Shown piece by piece: positions 51,314 through 61,028 of a stretch of 64,000 nt of DNA. Source of the DNA: Methylobacter sp. (GTDB lineage Bacteria; Pseudomonadota; Gammaproteobacteria; Methylococcales; Methylomonadaceae); contig DATBRD010000054.1 in the NCBI GenBank assembly GCA_036560465.1, positions 3,261-67,260 of the forward strand, read 5' to 3'. The position numbers and the translations under genes were made by a program. A model generated the notes under the pieces. It did not search any database. It saw only the letters and a program-made list of their open reading frames with translations, and had not been told where the DNA came from. Position 1 is the first letter of the stretch. Each line of letters opens with the position of its first letter.

Positions 51314-52078
51314 TTAAAAATTGTCCTTCAGCCGCCTGATTTCCGCAAAAACTTCTACTGGCGTTTTATTTGCCATCATAATGGTTTCCTGCAATGCCAA
51401 ACTGTCTTCCCTGAAAAACGGATTGGTCGCCAGTTCCTGTTCTATCGTCGACGGTACTGTCGGCAAGTGGTTTGCCCTCAGCTGATCAATAACATCCATT
51501 CGTTGTTGTAATTGCCGGTTATCCGGCTCTACCGTTAACGCAAACCGGCCATTGGCTTGGGTATATTCATGGGCACAATAGATTTGAGTCGGTGTGGGCA
51601 ATGCCTTCAATTTCTGTAACGAATGCCACATCTGCTCCGCAGTACCTTCAAACAACCGGCCGCAGCCCATCACAAACAACGTGTCGCCGCAAAACAGAGT
51701 GTTGTCATCGGCAAAATGATAAACGACATGGCCGCTGGTGTGTCCCGGAGTCGAGATAATCCTGGCCGAATGCTTGCCGAGTGTTATCAGATCACCGTCA
51801 ACAACGCCGCGATCTACGCCGGGGATTCTATGCCGGTCTGAAAGAGGCGCAATCACCGTGCAGCCGGTTTTTTGCTTCAACTCCAGATTACCGCCGACAT
51901 GATCCCCATGATGATGGGTATTAAGAATCATGGTTAGCCGCCAGTCTTTTTGCGCCAAAATATCAAGAACCGGCTGGGCAACGGCAGGGTCTACCACAGC
52001 AGTTCCGCCTGATACAGGGTCGTGAATAAGGTAAATGTAATTATCGTTTAATACCGGAAGTGTCAGGATGGTTAACAT
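51314..52078 (-). CDS. gloB: Hydroxyacylglutathione hydrolase (glyoxalase II)
   Basis: THHHGDHVGG, PGHTSGH, FCGDTLF, GCGRLFEG and CAHEYT motifs. Confidence 0.96.
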   Translation of the reverse strand: MLTILTLPVLNDNYIYLIHDPVSGGTAVVDPAVAQPVLDILAQKDWRLTMILNTHHHGDHVGGNLELKQKTGCTVIAPLSDRHRIPGVDRGVVDGDLITLGKHSARIISTPGHTSGHVVYHFADDNTLFCGDTLFVMGCGRLFEGTAEQMWHSLQKLKALPTPTQIYCAHEYTQANGRFALTVEPDNRQLQQRMDVIDQLRANHLPTVPSTIEQELATNPFFREDSLALQETIMMANKTPVEVFAEIRRLKDNF

Positions 52079-52208
52079 GTCTTTAAGCCAAGGTAAGGAG
52101 CGTTCATCGCGTAGATGGGAAAATGGTATGCGATGCTATTGAGCTTGATCAAGTGTTTTGGATCTCAAAAATTAAGTATGGCAATCATTTCATGCCTTTC
52201 ATAGGCAT

Positions 52209-52241
52209 AAAAAAAGGGCGACCCTTTGGTCGCCCTTTTTT
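52209..52241. terminator. Intrinsic terminator downstream of dxs (potentially bidirectional)
   Basis: A-tract, GGGCGACC-CTTT-GGTCGCCC, T-tract. Confidence 0.88.
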
Positions 52242-52262
52242 GATCATTACCTCAGAATGCTT

Positions 52263-54125
52263 TTACGCGCAAAACTTCTCAGCCTGAGTAAGAATTCCTT
52301 GCACATCCAGACCGCATAACGCCAGCAATTCTTCTCTTGTGCCTTGCTCGACAAAACTGTCCGGCAGGCCGATATTCAACACCGGCATCAGGATTTGTTG
52401 CGCTTGCAGGAAGTCATTGACGGCACTGCCTGCGCCACCGGCGAGCACGTTTTCTTCGACGGTGATCAGCACTTCATGGCTCTTGGCTAACTCAAGAATC
52501 AGTTCGGCATCGATAGGCTTCACAAAGCGCATGTTGACGACGGTTGCGCCCAATTGTTTGCCCGCTTCCATAGCCGGAGCGACCATGCTGCCCCAAGCCA
52601 AAATAGCGATACGGCTGCCTTGATGACGCACTTCGCCTTTGCCTATCGGTAATGCGGTCATGTCTTTATTGACGGCAACGCCAGGACCTTTGCCGCGCGG
52701 ATAACGCACCGACGCCGGGCCTTCATGCATAAAGCCAGTATAGAGCATTTGCCGGCATTCGTTTTCATCGGCAGGCGCCATCACCAGCATATTCGGAATG
52801 CAACGCATATAGCTGTAATCGAAGCTGCCGGCATGGGTCGGGCCGTCCGGGCCGACTAAACCGGCGCGATCCAGCGCAAACAATACATCCAGATTCTGGA
52901 TTGCGACATCATGAATCATCTGATCGTAAGCCCGTTGCAGGAACGTCGAGTAAATAGCGACGACGGGCTTTGCACCTTGGCAAGCTTGTCCTGCTGCCAG
53001 CGTTACTGCATGTTGTTCGGCAATGGCCACATCGAAATAACGTCTTGGGTAGCACTCCGAAAATTTAACCAGTCCGGAACCTTCGCGCATAGCCGGGGTA
53101 ATGCCCAATAAGCGCTCGTCTTGTGCGGCCATATCGCAAAGCCATTCGCCAAACACTTCCGTATAAGTCGGATGCGGGGAAGGCGCGGATTTAGGGAGGC
53201 AATCCTTAGTCGGATCGAAGGCCGGTACACCGTGGTAAGCCAATGGATCTTTTTCGGCAGGCGGATAACCTTTGCCTTTTTGAGTGACGATATGTAAAAA
53301 GCGCGGGCCGGTAATATGCTTCAGGTTTTCCAGAGTTGATACCAGCATGTCTACATCGTGCCCGTCAATCGGGCCGATATAGTTAAAACCAAGCTCCTCA
53401 AACAAGGTGCCCGGCACGACCATGCCTTTCATATGTTCTTCGGTACGTCGCGCCAGTTCCCAGACGCTGGGCATGCTGCTCAGCGCTTTTTTGCTGCCTT
53501 CGCGCATTGACGAATAAAATTTGCTGGACAAAATCTTGGTCAGGTAATTATTCATCGCGCCGACCGGTGGCGAGATCGACATATCGTTGTCGTTCAGAAT
53601 CACCAACAGATTGGCATCCAGAGCGCCCGCATGGTTCATCGCTTCAAAAGCCATGCCGCCGGTAATGCTGCCGTCGCCGATAATGGCGACCATTTTTTTG
53701 TCTTCGCCTTTTAACTCAGACGCAATCGCCATGCCTAAGGCCGCGCTGATCGATGTGCTGGAATGCCCGACGCCGAACGCATCGTATTCGCTTTCTGCCC
53801 GATTCGGAAACGCCGATACGCCGTCCTTGGTACGAATAGTCGTCATGCGTTCTTTTCGTCCGGTCAGAATCTTGTGCGGATAAGCTTGGTGACCCACATC
53901 CCAAACCAGCTGGTCAGAGGGTGTATCGAACACATAATGCAAGGCTACCGTTAACTCAACTGTGCCCAAGCCCGCGGAAAAATGGCCGCCGGAAATGCTC
54001 ACAGTATGGGTTAAAAATTCGCGTAACTCTTTTGCCAGAGGCTTAAGCTGGCTTTTCGACAGCTTGCGTACATCGGCCGGTGAATTGATATCTTTAAGCA
54101 GTGGGTAGTTATGTAATGTATTCAT
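52263..54125 (-). CDS. dxs: 1-deoxy-D-xylulose-5-phosphate synthase
   Basis: [33 protein letters not shown] and [11 protein letters not shown] motifs. Confidence 0.98.
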   Translation of the reverse strand: MNTLHNYPLLKDINSPADVRKLSKSQLKPLAKELREFLTHTVSISGGHFSAGLGTVELTVALHYVFDTPSDQLVWDVGHQAYPHKILTGRKERMTTIRTKDGVSAFPNRAESEYDAFGVGHSSTSISAALGMAIASELKGEDKKMVAIIGDGSITGGMAFEAMNHAGALDANLLVILNDNDMSISPPVGAMNNYLTKILSSKFYSSMREGSKKALSSMPSVWELARRTEEHMKGMVVPGTLFEELGFNYIGPIDGHDVDMLVSTLENLKHITGPRFLHIVTQKGKGYPPAEKDPLAYHGVPAFDPTKDCLPKSAPSPHPTYTEVFGEWLCDMAAQDERLLGITPAMREGSGLVKFSECYPRRYFDVAIAEQHAVTLAAGQACQGAKPVVAIYSTFLQRAYDQMIHDVAIQNLDVLFALDRAGLVGPDGPTHAGSFDYSYMRCIPNMLVMAPADENECRQMLYTGFMHEGPASVRYPRGKGPGVAVNKDMTALPIGKGEVRHQGSRIAILAWGSMVAPAMEAGKQLGATVVNMRFVKPIDAELILELAKSHEVLITVEENVLAGGAGSAVNDFLQAQQILMPVLNIGLPDSFVEQGTREELLALCGLDVQGILTQAEKFCA

Positions 54126-54126
54126 A

Positions 54127-55770
54127 TTAGTAAAGAGGTTCGCGATAGAACATCAGGATGATGCCAATCTGAAACAGGGCGGCAACAGAAATAAAACCGG
54201 CAATGTCCTTGCCTGGTCTGTCCAATTTTAATTCCAGCCAACGACCGCTTGCCAGAATGAGAGAGAAAATCCCCATCATCGTATGGCCGACCTGGATAAG
54301 AAAAGCACTTTTGGGCTGAAAGCCGACATGTGAATGGGTCAGCAGCATCAAACCGCCAAAAGCCGCCAGCAATGGAAAAACAAACGGTAATTTGCTGGTT
54401 GGGTTTTTGGTTATTCTGGCAGTGAGTTCCATAATGCCGAGTACAAATACCAGTAGGGTCGCAATCCGGTGCTGTAATACCTCACCGTTGTTAAAAGTAC
54501 TTTCCCAAAAGCCTATTGGACCCAGAGGCCAGGTTTCGGCGTCACTGCGGAAAAACAGGAAGATACCCAGACCGACAAAGCCCAGCGGCCAATATTTGCA
54601 GTATTCAAAGCCAGGCTTTCTAACGTAAGACAACATCGCAAAAAAACTCATTACGGTCAGAAAAATACCGGCAATGTTATGGTTATAGTTCGACCATTCG
54701 GTTGCCGCCAGGGAAGGCACTTGGCCGACAATGGCAACACGTCCTGCTTCGCCTGCAATCAAATCGGTATGCGTTGGCGAGCTGGTTTGTGGGATTTGCG
54801 GGCTGAATGTGTTCAAGACTTCCTGCCAGCTTGCCGTCAGGCTAGGAATATCGATAGCCGGAGGCTGAGAAGCCAAGCTCGCGGCGGTAAACAGCAAAGT
54901 GATCAGTACAAAAGTTTCCGCTTCAATGTAATAAGGAACGCGGTTAGTTAATGCGTGGCTATTGCCTGAAAAACCGAATGCCGATACTGCGGATTTGTTC
55001 AAAAAGGCAAAGCCCAGAGCGATGCTCATTAAAACTATTTTTACCATCAGCAAATTGCCGTAGCCGGTACCGATCAAGCCGTTCCAGGTGTCGATGTATT
55101 GCAGAGCGATAGGCAGACCCGAGATCAGAATCATTGCAACCGAAGCTATGCCGAACATAGAGAAACGCTTAAGCAACAAAGGCCATAGTCCGGCATCAAT
55201 CTGTTTGCTGCTGCGTAACAGCCACAGGTAGACCAGCTGAAACACACCGCCGATCCAGGCCGCTGCGGCCAACTGATGGATGACCGTCAGTGACATTAAT
55301 ATAAACTGATTTTCAAAACGTCCGGCGCCATGCACCAGCCAAGCGCCAGAAATAATCATCGGCAAGGCTACAATGCCGGCGGTTATCCAGTGCTGTTTGG
55401 AGTCAGGATTCTTGCTGAGGTATTGATAACAGTACCCCGCCATAACTACAGTCAGAACTGTACGTACTATGCCGCCTATAAATTGCGTGGTACTCGCGAA
55501 TTCAGGAAACGGCCAGCGCTCAAGTACGGCGGTCATCAACCAAACTTTGAGCACAATTTTAAAAAGTTGAGCCGCAGCCAGCCAAAAGCCGCCTTTGTAA
55601 ATAACAGTGACGGTTTTTTGCAATAATGCTGCATTGTAGCCATTGTTACTGGTCCACGGACGCAATACAAAAAGTCCCCAGAACAGGCCGCCGATTGCTA
55701 GTGAATAACAAATCAGGTCAAACCCGCCAATCAGGGAATCGAGAAAATCAGCTATGCCGGCCATTGCCAA
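54127..55770 (-). CDS. Long CopD-family membrane protein with His-rich C-terminal membrane domain
   Basis: [11 protein letters not shown] and YGNLLMVK CopD motifs; downstream of copC. The C-terminus has [19 protein letters not shown] and VGHTMMG. Confidence 0.8.
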   Translation of the reverse strand: MAMAGIADFLDSLIGGFDLICYSLAIGGLFWGLFVLRPWTSNNGYNAALLQKTVTVIYKGGFWLAAAQLFKIVLKVWLMTAVLERWPFPEFASTTQFIGGIVRTVLTVVMAGYCYQYLSKNPDSKQHWITAGIVALPMIISGAWLVHGAGRFENQFILMSLTVIHQLAAAAWIGGVFQLVYLWLLRSSKQIDAGLWPLLLKRFSMFGIASVAMILISGLPIALQYIDTWNGLIGTGYGNLLMVKIVLMSIALGFAFLNKSAVSAFGFSGNSHALTNRVPYYIEAETFVLITLLFTAASLASQPPAIDIPSLTASWQEVLNTFSPQIPQTSSPTHTDLIAGEAGRVAIVGQVPSLAATEWSNYNHNIAGIFLTVMSFFAMLSYVRKPGFEYCKYWPLGFVGLGIFLFFRSDAETWPLGPIGFWESTFNNGEVLQHRIATLLVFVLGIMELTARITKNPTSKLPFVFPLLAAFGGLMLLTHSHVGFQPKSAFLIQVGHTMMGIFSLILASGRWLELKLDRPGKDIAGFISVAALFQIGIILMFYREPLY

Positions 55771-55773
55771 CTC

Positions 55774-56130
55774 CTATTTGGAAACGGAAAAATGAATAAC
55801 GTCTTCGGTTAAATGACCATCAGCAGCGAAGACTTTAAATCTGAGAGCATAATCGCCAGCGTCCAAAGGCGGAATCTGGATAACAATCTGACCTTGTTTG
55901 CTGCCATTAGTAGCGGTTAACAATTGATGTTTATCGCCTTTGCTAACTAGGAAAATCTGCGACAAGCCCAGTTCAATATGGGAATTAAACAACAGCTCGA
56001 CATTGCCCGGAGTATTGGCACGAATCGGCGTGATTTTTAGCGAATAATCGGTTATCACCGCATGAGCGGCCGCCCAATGTGAAAAGCACAAAGTGATAAA
56101 TAATAAACATATTGGAATGATTTTTTTCAT
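55774..56130 (-). CDS. copC: Periplasmic copper chaperone CopC
   Basis: Signal peptide ...AAA|HAV gives a mature His1; C-terminal ADGH; no Met-rich Cu(I) loop. Confidence 0.88.
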   Translation of the reverse strand: MKKIIPICLLFITLCFSHWAAAHAVITDYSLKITPIRANTPGNVELLFNSHIELGLSQIFLVSKGDKHQLLTATNGSKQGQIVIQIPPLDAGDYALRFKVFAADGHLTEDVIHFSVSK

Positions 56131-56235
56131 TGCTTTTTCCAGTTTGTAACTATTTGCAGATGCAGATTAATAATAGAACGCTGTTAACTATGATGGAATA
56201 AGTTTTATGAAACTATCAACTTTCATCATATTCAT

Positions 56236-56264
56236 CTGCGTCGCCTAGAGGCGCCTACTTTTGG
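56236..56264 (-). repeat. Short repeat matching the insert at 6357-6384
   Basis: Minus strand CCAAAAGTAGGCGCCTCTAGGCGACGCAG versus CCAACAGTAGGCGCTTTAGGCGACGCAG: 26 of 29 positions match. Confidence 0.75.
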
Positions 56265-56282
56265 CGTCCGCGTTCTTTTTCT

Positions 56283-57671
56283 CTAGCCTTTTTTTCCTTT
56301 TAAGGCATGTCCCGCCAGATTCTTGCCCAAATCCCAGATGGAGCCGGGGATTTGATGGGTATCGGCGATGGTTTTATCGAATGAATTGACGATGGTATCA
56401 CGGTCTTTTTGCGTTAAGTTTAGCGGCGGCAACAGCTTGACCACGTTCATGCCGTGGCCGGCAACCTGCGTTAAGATGTGGTGTTCTTTAAACAAAGGTA
56501 TGGTGATCATTTGGCAGAACAGACCCTTGTTGGCGGCTTCCAGCATTGCCCATGCTGCTTTGAGTTTCAGGCTTTTGGGGGATTGGAATTCAATCGCAAT
56601 CATCATGCCTTTGCCGCGCGCTTCTTTCAGGAATTCATATTTTCCAGCCATAGTGTTCAGGCTGTCGATAATGTCGGTGCCGACTTTCATGCTGTTTTCG
56701 ACCAGTTTCTCGTCTTCCATCACATGAAGTGTGGCAAGTCCTGCCGCCATCGCCATGTTGTTCTTTGAGAAGGTAGAGCCATGCACGACAGCCCGGTCCA
56801 TACGGTTATAAACGGTATCCATAATTTTTTGGGTGATGGCAACCGCACCGACCGGTACAAAACCGCCGGACAGGGCTTTGGCCATACAAATCATGTCCGG
56901 TTTGACGTTCCAATGGTCGATCGCCCAGAATTTTCCGGTGCGTCCCAAGCCGGTTTGGACTTCATCGGCGACGAACAACGTGCCGTATTTTTTGCATAAA
57001 CGTTCAACTTCCGGTAAATAATTGTCATCAGGAACATTAACACCTTTGCCTTGAATAGGTTCGACGATGAAGGCGGCAACGTCTTTATTGCTTAAAGCCT
57101 GTTCCAGCGCGGCAAGATCGTTGAAAGGAACGGCACTGCAACCGGGCAGCAGCGGTCCAAAACCTTCACGGAAAATATTTTCGCCGTTTAATGACAATGA
57201 TCCCATGGTCAAGCCGTGATAGCCGTGTTCGCAGAAGACGATTTTTTCACGCTTGGTGGTATAGCGGGCAAATTTGATTGCAGCTTCTACGGATTCGGTT
57301 CCGGAGTTGCAAAAGAACATCTTGTTCAGATTGTCCGGCGTGGTTTTCAGGATTTCCTGCGCCAGCAATCCACTGAGCACCGATACGTCCATTTGCACTA
57401 AGTTTGGCAGTTCCAGCGTTAAGGTCTCAGTCAATGCGCTAATAACGGCCGGATGATTGCGGCCGATCGCAAACACACCGAAACCGCTGAGCAAGTCCAG
57501 GTATTCAGTGCCTTCCTGGTCGTAGAGATATTGTCCGATGGCTTTTTGATAGTGGCGGTCATAACCTATGGTCTTTAACACTCTGACCATTTGGTTGTTT
57601 AAATGTTGTTCGTGCAGATCAAATTTATCAGTGCTGTGTTGAGAAAAAAGTTCGGCGATACTGAATGACAT
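56283..57671 (-). CDS. hpnO: Class III aminotransferase, aminobacteriohopanetriol synthase-like
   Basis: YLDLLSGFG, NSGTESVEAAIKFAR, EPIQGKG, DEVQTGLGRTG and AKALSGG motifs; in the hopanoid cluster. ATG 57671 follows GAGGT. Confidence 0.85.
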   Translation of the reverse strand: MSFSIAELFSQHSTDKFDLHEQHLNNQMVRVLKTIGYDRHYQKAIGQYLYDQEGTEYLDLLSGFGVFAIGRNHPAVISALTETLTLELPNLVQMDVSVLSGLLAQEILKTTPDNLNKMFFCNSGTESVEAAIKFARYTTKREKIVFCEHGYHGLTMGSLSLNGENIFREGFGPLLPGCSAVPFNDLAALEQALSNKDVAAFIVEPIQGKGVNVPDDNYLPEVERLCKKYGTLFVADEVQTGLGRTGKFWAIDHWNVKPDMICMAKALSGGFVPVGAVAITQKIMDTVYNRMDRAVVHGSTFSKNNMAMAAGLATLHVMEDEKLVENSMKVGTDIIDSLNTMAGKYEFLKEARGKGMMIAIEFQSPKSLKLKAAWAMLEAANKGLFCQMITIPLFKEHHILTQVAGHGMNVVKLLPPLNLTQKDRDTIVNSFDKTIADTHQIPGSIWDLGKNLAGHALKGKKG

Positions 57672-57687
57672 TAGATACCTCAAAAAA

Positions 57688-60303
57688 TTAAATTCTTTTG
57701 CCGCTGAAAGCAGGCAGGACTATTAAAGAACACATCACTGTGAAAGTAAGGCCTATGGCCAATACTAAACCCATGCTTGCCATACCCTGATGGGCGGTGA
57801 AAGCAAGGCTCGAAAAACTGCACAAGGTCGTTATGGAGCTGAAAATAATGCCTCGGGTGGTGCTGCTTTGCAGCAAATTTTCATCTTCACCCGAACTGGA
57901 ATGGTGTCTGTGCATGATCAGGATACTGCTGTCGATACCCATGCCCAGCAGCAAGGGCAGGGCGATGATATTGGCAAAATTGAAAGGATTATCCAGTAAC
58001 ACGTTGGTTGCACCGGTTAGCATTGCAGCTAGCAGTAATGGCATGATGACCAGTAAGGTCTTTCTGACGCTTCTGTACATCAGCAATAATAACACCACAA
58101 TGGCAATAAAAGCACCGCTGAAGGCATTAATAAATGCCTTGACAATAGCATCGCCACCCGCCTGATTGATAATCGGCAGGCCGGAAACCGAGTTATCAAT
58201 AGCTTGCACCTGAGTAACAAATTCTTTTAAATTCTCAGGTTGGTTTTGATCTTTTTCCGGCATGATCAGTACCCGATAGAGTCCACTGGCGCTAATCCAG
58301 TGCGATCTTATCTCCAGCGGTAAGTTATTCAGTCCAAATGCGGTTGCTGTCAGGCTGGTTCGCAGGCGTTCTAAGGTAAACGGCAGCAAGCCTAAAATGT
58401 TTTTTTCCAGCTGCACGTAACTTGCAGTTGGGTTCTGGTTAGCATCTGCCTGTTTCATAAACGCTTCGATGCGCTGTTGCAATTGTTGCAAGGTTTGTTG
58501 CGGCACATTCGGAGATTTTTCAAGAATGGCTTTTTTTAACGCGTCATTGAATTTGATCAACGCCGCTTGCTGATTGGCGGTATCGAGTATGTTGTCGAAA
58601 TTTTCAAGTTGTCCGCCCAGCATCATATTTAAATCTTCAATCGTCGTTAGTTTTTCATCCTGATCTTTAGCTACAAAATTCGCCAAGGTGATGGTTTCAT
58701 GGACTGATGGCTGCTGTTTAAGTTGACCAGTGACTTTTTCGGCGTCTTCAAGATTGTTTGCCAACGCAGTCAGCGCAAACGGGGAATCCGTTTTGGACTT
58801 TAATAATTCTTTAATGGCTAAGACTGATTCGCTGTTAGGATCTCTGAGATTGATAGGGTTGTAATCAAAAGAAAGATCAGTCAAGACAAAGCAGGCGCCT
58901 ATAGCCAGCAATATGGAAACAATTCTGATGCCGGTTGAAAAGCGAAATGGGAAAGTAATAATAAATGCCGGGGTCAACGGTGAACGAATCGGCTGTACAT
59001 CGTTGACGGAAAGAACGCTGAATAGGGCGGGCAATACCGTCAATGAAATAATCAGGCCGATAAAAATGCCTCCGCCTGAAATGATGCCCAATTCGGATAC
59101 GCCGGCATAATCGGTAGGGATAAAAGCAAAAAAACCGATTGCGGTAGCCAATGCGCATAAAAACAGTGAGGAGCCGACATCGCGGATACTGTCCAGGATG
59201 GCTTCACTATTTGTCAAACCATTGGCCTTGCCTTCGCGATAATGCAGACAAATATGAACTGCATAATCGACTCCCAGCCCAATATATAAACTGGCAAAAG
59301 CGATTGAAATGACATTCAAATGTCCCACGGTAATGGCGGCGAATCCGGCTGTCAGTATCAATCCCATAACCAAAACAATATAAGTTGTAATTAACAACTT
59401 GACTGAACGCAGTCCTACCCATTGAATCCCAAACACTAAAACCAGAGACAATAAACCGGAGAATGTGGCGCCTTTGGTAACGCTCTCAAGTTCTTCGTGT
59501 TCCAGCGCGGTCTCGCCGGTTATACGGATGCTAAGCGATGGATTTTCCGCCATGATGGCCTGGCTGATTTCGCGTGCTGCTGAAAGTGCGACATCTGCGG
59601 GCAGCATTTCATTGAAATGCATTTTAGGTTTGGCGATGACGATAGTTCGGTTGAACTTGGGCTTTGCCTCTTCTTTGTAGTTGTCGGCGGACAGTATGTT
59701 TTGCCAGGATAAATAATGCGATTGGCCAATTAACTGACTTTTTAGTACGTCGTCAATGGCAAGGAGTATCGGGTTTAAGTCCATAGGCAAGGCATGATCG
59801 TGGCGATTAAGCGCTTGGCCGATAATGCCGAATAGGCCTTCAAGGTGGTAGTTCTGAGCCAGGTGACCTATAAAAGGCTGGGCATCGGTGAGTTTTTGGG
59901 CAAAATTATCCAGATCTTTTTGATCCAGGTAGAGCAATGCCTGCTGTCTGAAGAATGCATTATCTGTGGGGATATAAACAGATTCAAAACGGTCGTTTTC
60001 CTTATCCAGTTGTTCGACCAGATGGTTGGCGGCTTGAGAGGATTCTTCCGGCGTTTCGGCCTCAACCACCAAAATAATGGTAGTGGCATCCTCTGGAAAT
60101 GCCTGGTTAAAACGCGCCTGGTTTTGCTGAAAAGGTAAGTCGGGCGACAGCATTTCGGCCGTGTTGGTGTTGATCGCCAGGTTTTTAATGGAATAGTACA
60201 GCGTGCTGCCGCACAGCAACAGCGAGAGCAATATTAGCGTCCATGGGCAACGCATGATTTGTCGCTCGCACCAGCCGAGAAGGGTGTTGAAAAAAGATGA
60301 CAT
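57688..60303 (-). CDS. hpnN: Hopanoid-associated RND/MMPL transporter
   Basis: Two TM bundles with large periplasmic loops, GLGVDYAVH and GMGIDSSI motifs; hopanoid context. Confidence 0.88.
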   Translation of the reverse strand: MSSFFNTLLGWCERQIMRCPWTLILLSLLLCGSTLYYSIKNLAINTNTAEMLSPDLPFQQNQARFNQAFPEDATTIILVVEAETPEESSQAANHLVEQLDKENDRFESVYIPTDNAFFRQQALLYLDQKDLDNFAQKLTDAQPFIGHLAQNYHLEGLFGIIGQALNRHDHALPMDLNPILLAIDDVLKSQLIGQSHYLSWQNILSADNYKEEAKPKFNRTIVIAKPKMHFNEMLPADVALSAAREISQAIMAENPSLSIRITGETALEHEELESVTKGATFSGLLSLVLVFGIQWVGLRSVKLLITTYIVLVMGLILTAGFAAITVGHLNVISIAFASLYIGLGVDYAVHICLHYREGKANGLTNSEAILDSIRDVGSSLFLCALATAIGFFAFIPTDYAGVSELGIISGGGIFIGLIISLTVLPALFSVLSVNDVQPIRSPLTPAFIITFPFRFSTGIRIVSILLAIGACFVLTDLSFDYNPINLRDPNSESVLAIKELLKSKTDSPFALTALANNLEDAEKVTGQLKQQPSVHETITLANFVAKDQDEKLTTIEDLNMMLGGQLENFDNILDTANQQAALIKFNDALKKAILEKSPNVPQQTLQQLQQRIEAFMKQADANQNPTASYVQLEKNILGLLPFTLERLRTSLTATAFGLNNLPLEIRSHWISASGLYRVLIMPEKDQNQPENLKEFVTQVQAIDNSVSGLPIINQAGGDAIVKAFINAFSGAFIAIVVLLLLMYRSVRKTLLVIMPLLLAAMLTGATNVLLDNPFNFANIIALPLLLGMGIDSSILIMHRHHSSSGEDENLLQSSTTRGIIFSSITTLCSFSSLAFTAHQGMASMGLVLAIGLTFTVMCSLIVLPAFSGKRI

Positions 60304-60308
60304 GTGGC

Positions 60309-61028
60309 TTATTGGGCTTGGCTGGCTAATGCGGACAAGCGGTCAAGTTGTTTGGCGACCGATCTTAGCGTGTTTTTTGCGGCATTGAAATGTAGGCCTA
60401 GTTTGATAAGACCGGGTAATTCAGTAGGGTGTAATGCGATAAATGCTAATAACTTAGCTAAAATAACGTCGCCCTCATCATTAAGAGAATGATTGATAGC
60501 TTTAGGCAAGTCCATGTGAACCGGATCGGCAACGGTTCGGATAGTTAGAAAAGGGAGATCGTTTTGCCGGGCAACTTTGGCAATAGCAGTGCTTTCCATG
60601 TCCAATGCAATCGCGCCGGTTTGGCTATGCAGGTGTTTTTTGTCCTTGGCCGTTGCTACGATGGTAAGGCTTTCAGCTAAACTGCCGATATGGGCTTTTG
60701 CATGGGGTGAGAGCAGGGTGTCGGTTAATCCGATCCAGTCATGATGAATGTCGATCTGAGTGCCTTCGGCATCTATCAGTGTATCGGCCAGGATCAGATC
60801 GCCGGGTTTTAACGATTCGCTGAGGGCGGCTGCGCAACCCCAGCTGATCAGGCGGACGGCGCCTTGGGTAAGCAATAGTTCGGATGCTGCTCGTGCATTG
60901 TCGGCGCCTGCACCGGAATAGGCGAGAACGATCGTGTCGGTAATAAAAACACAGCACCCTTTATCGATCTTTTTCGAGGTCAGGGTGCTGAGTTCTTCCG
61001 GTAAAGCTACAACAATACCTGTGATCAC
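60309..61028 (-). CDS. hpnG: Hopanoid-associated nucleoside phosphorylase-like protein
   Basis: SWGCAAAL, ALDMES and RTVADP motifs; GTG start overlaps the shc stop. Confidence 0.82.
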   Translation of the reverse strand: MITGIVVALPEELSTLTSKKIDKGCCVFITDTIVLAYSGAGADNARAASELLLTQGAVRLISWGCAAALSESLKPGDLILADTLIDAEGTQIDIHHDWIGLTDTLLSPHAKAHIGSLAESLTIVATAKDKKHLHSQTGAIALDMESTAIAKVARQNDLPFLTIRTVADPVHMDLPKAINHSLNDEGDVILAKLLAFIALHPTELPGLIKLGLHFNAAKNTLRSVAKQLDRLSALASQAQ

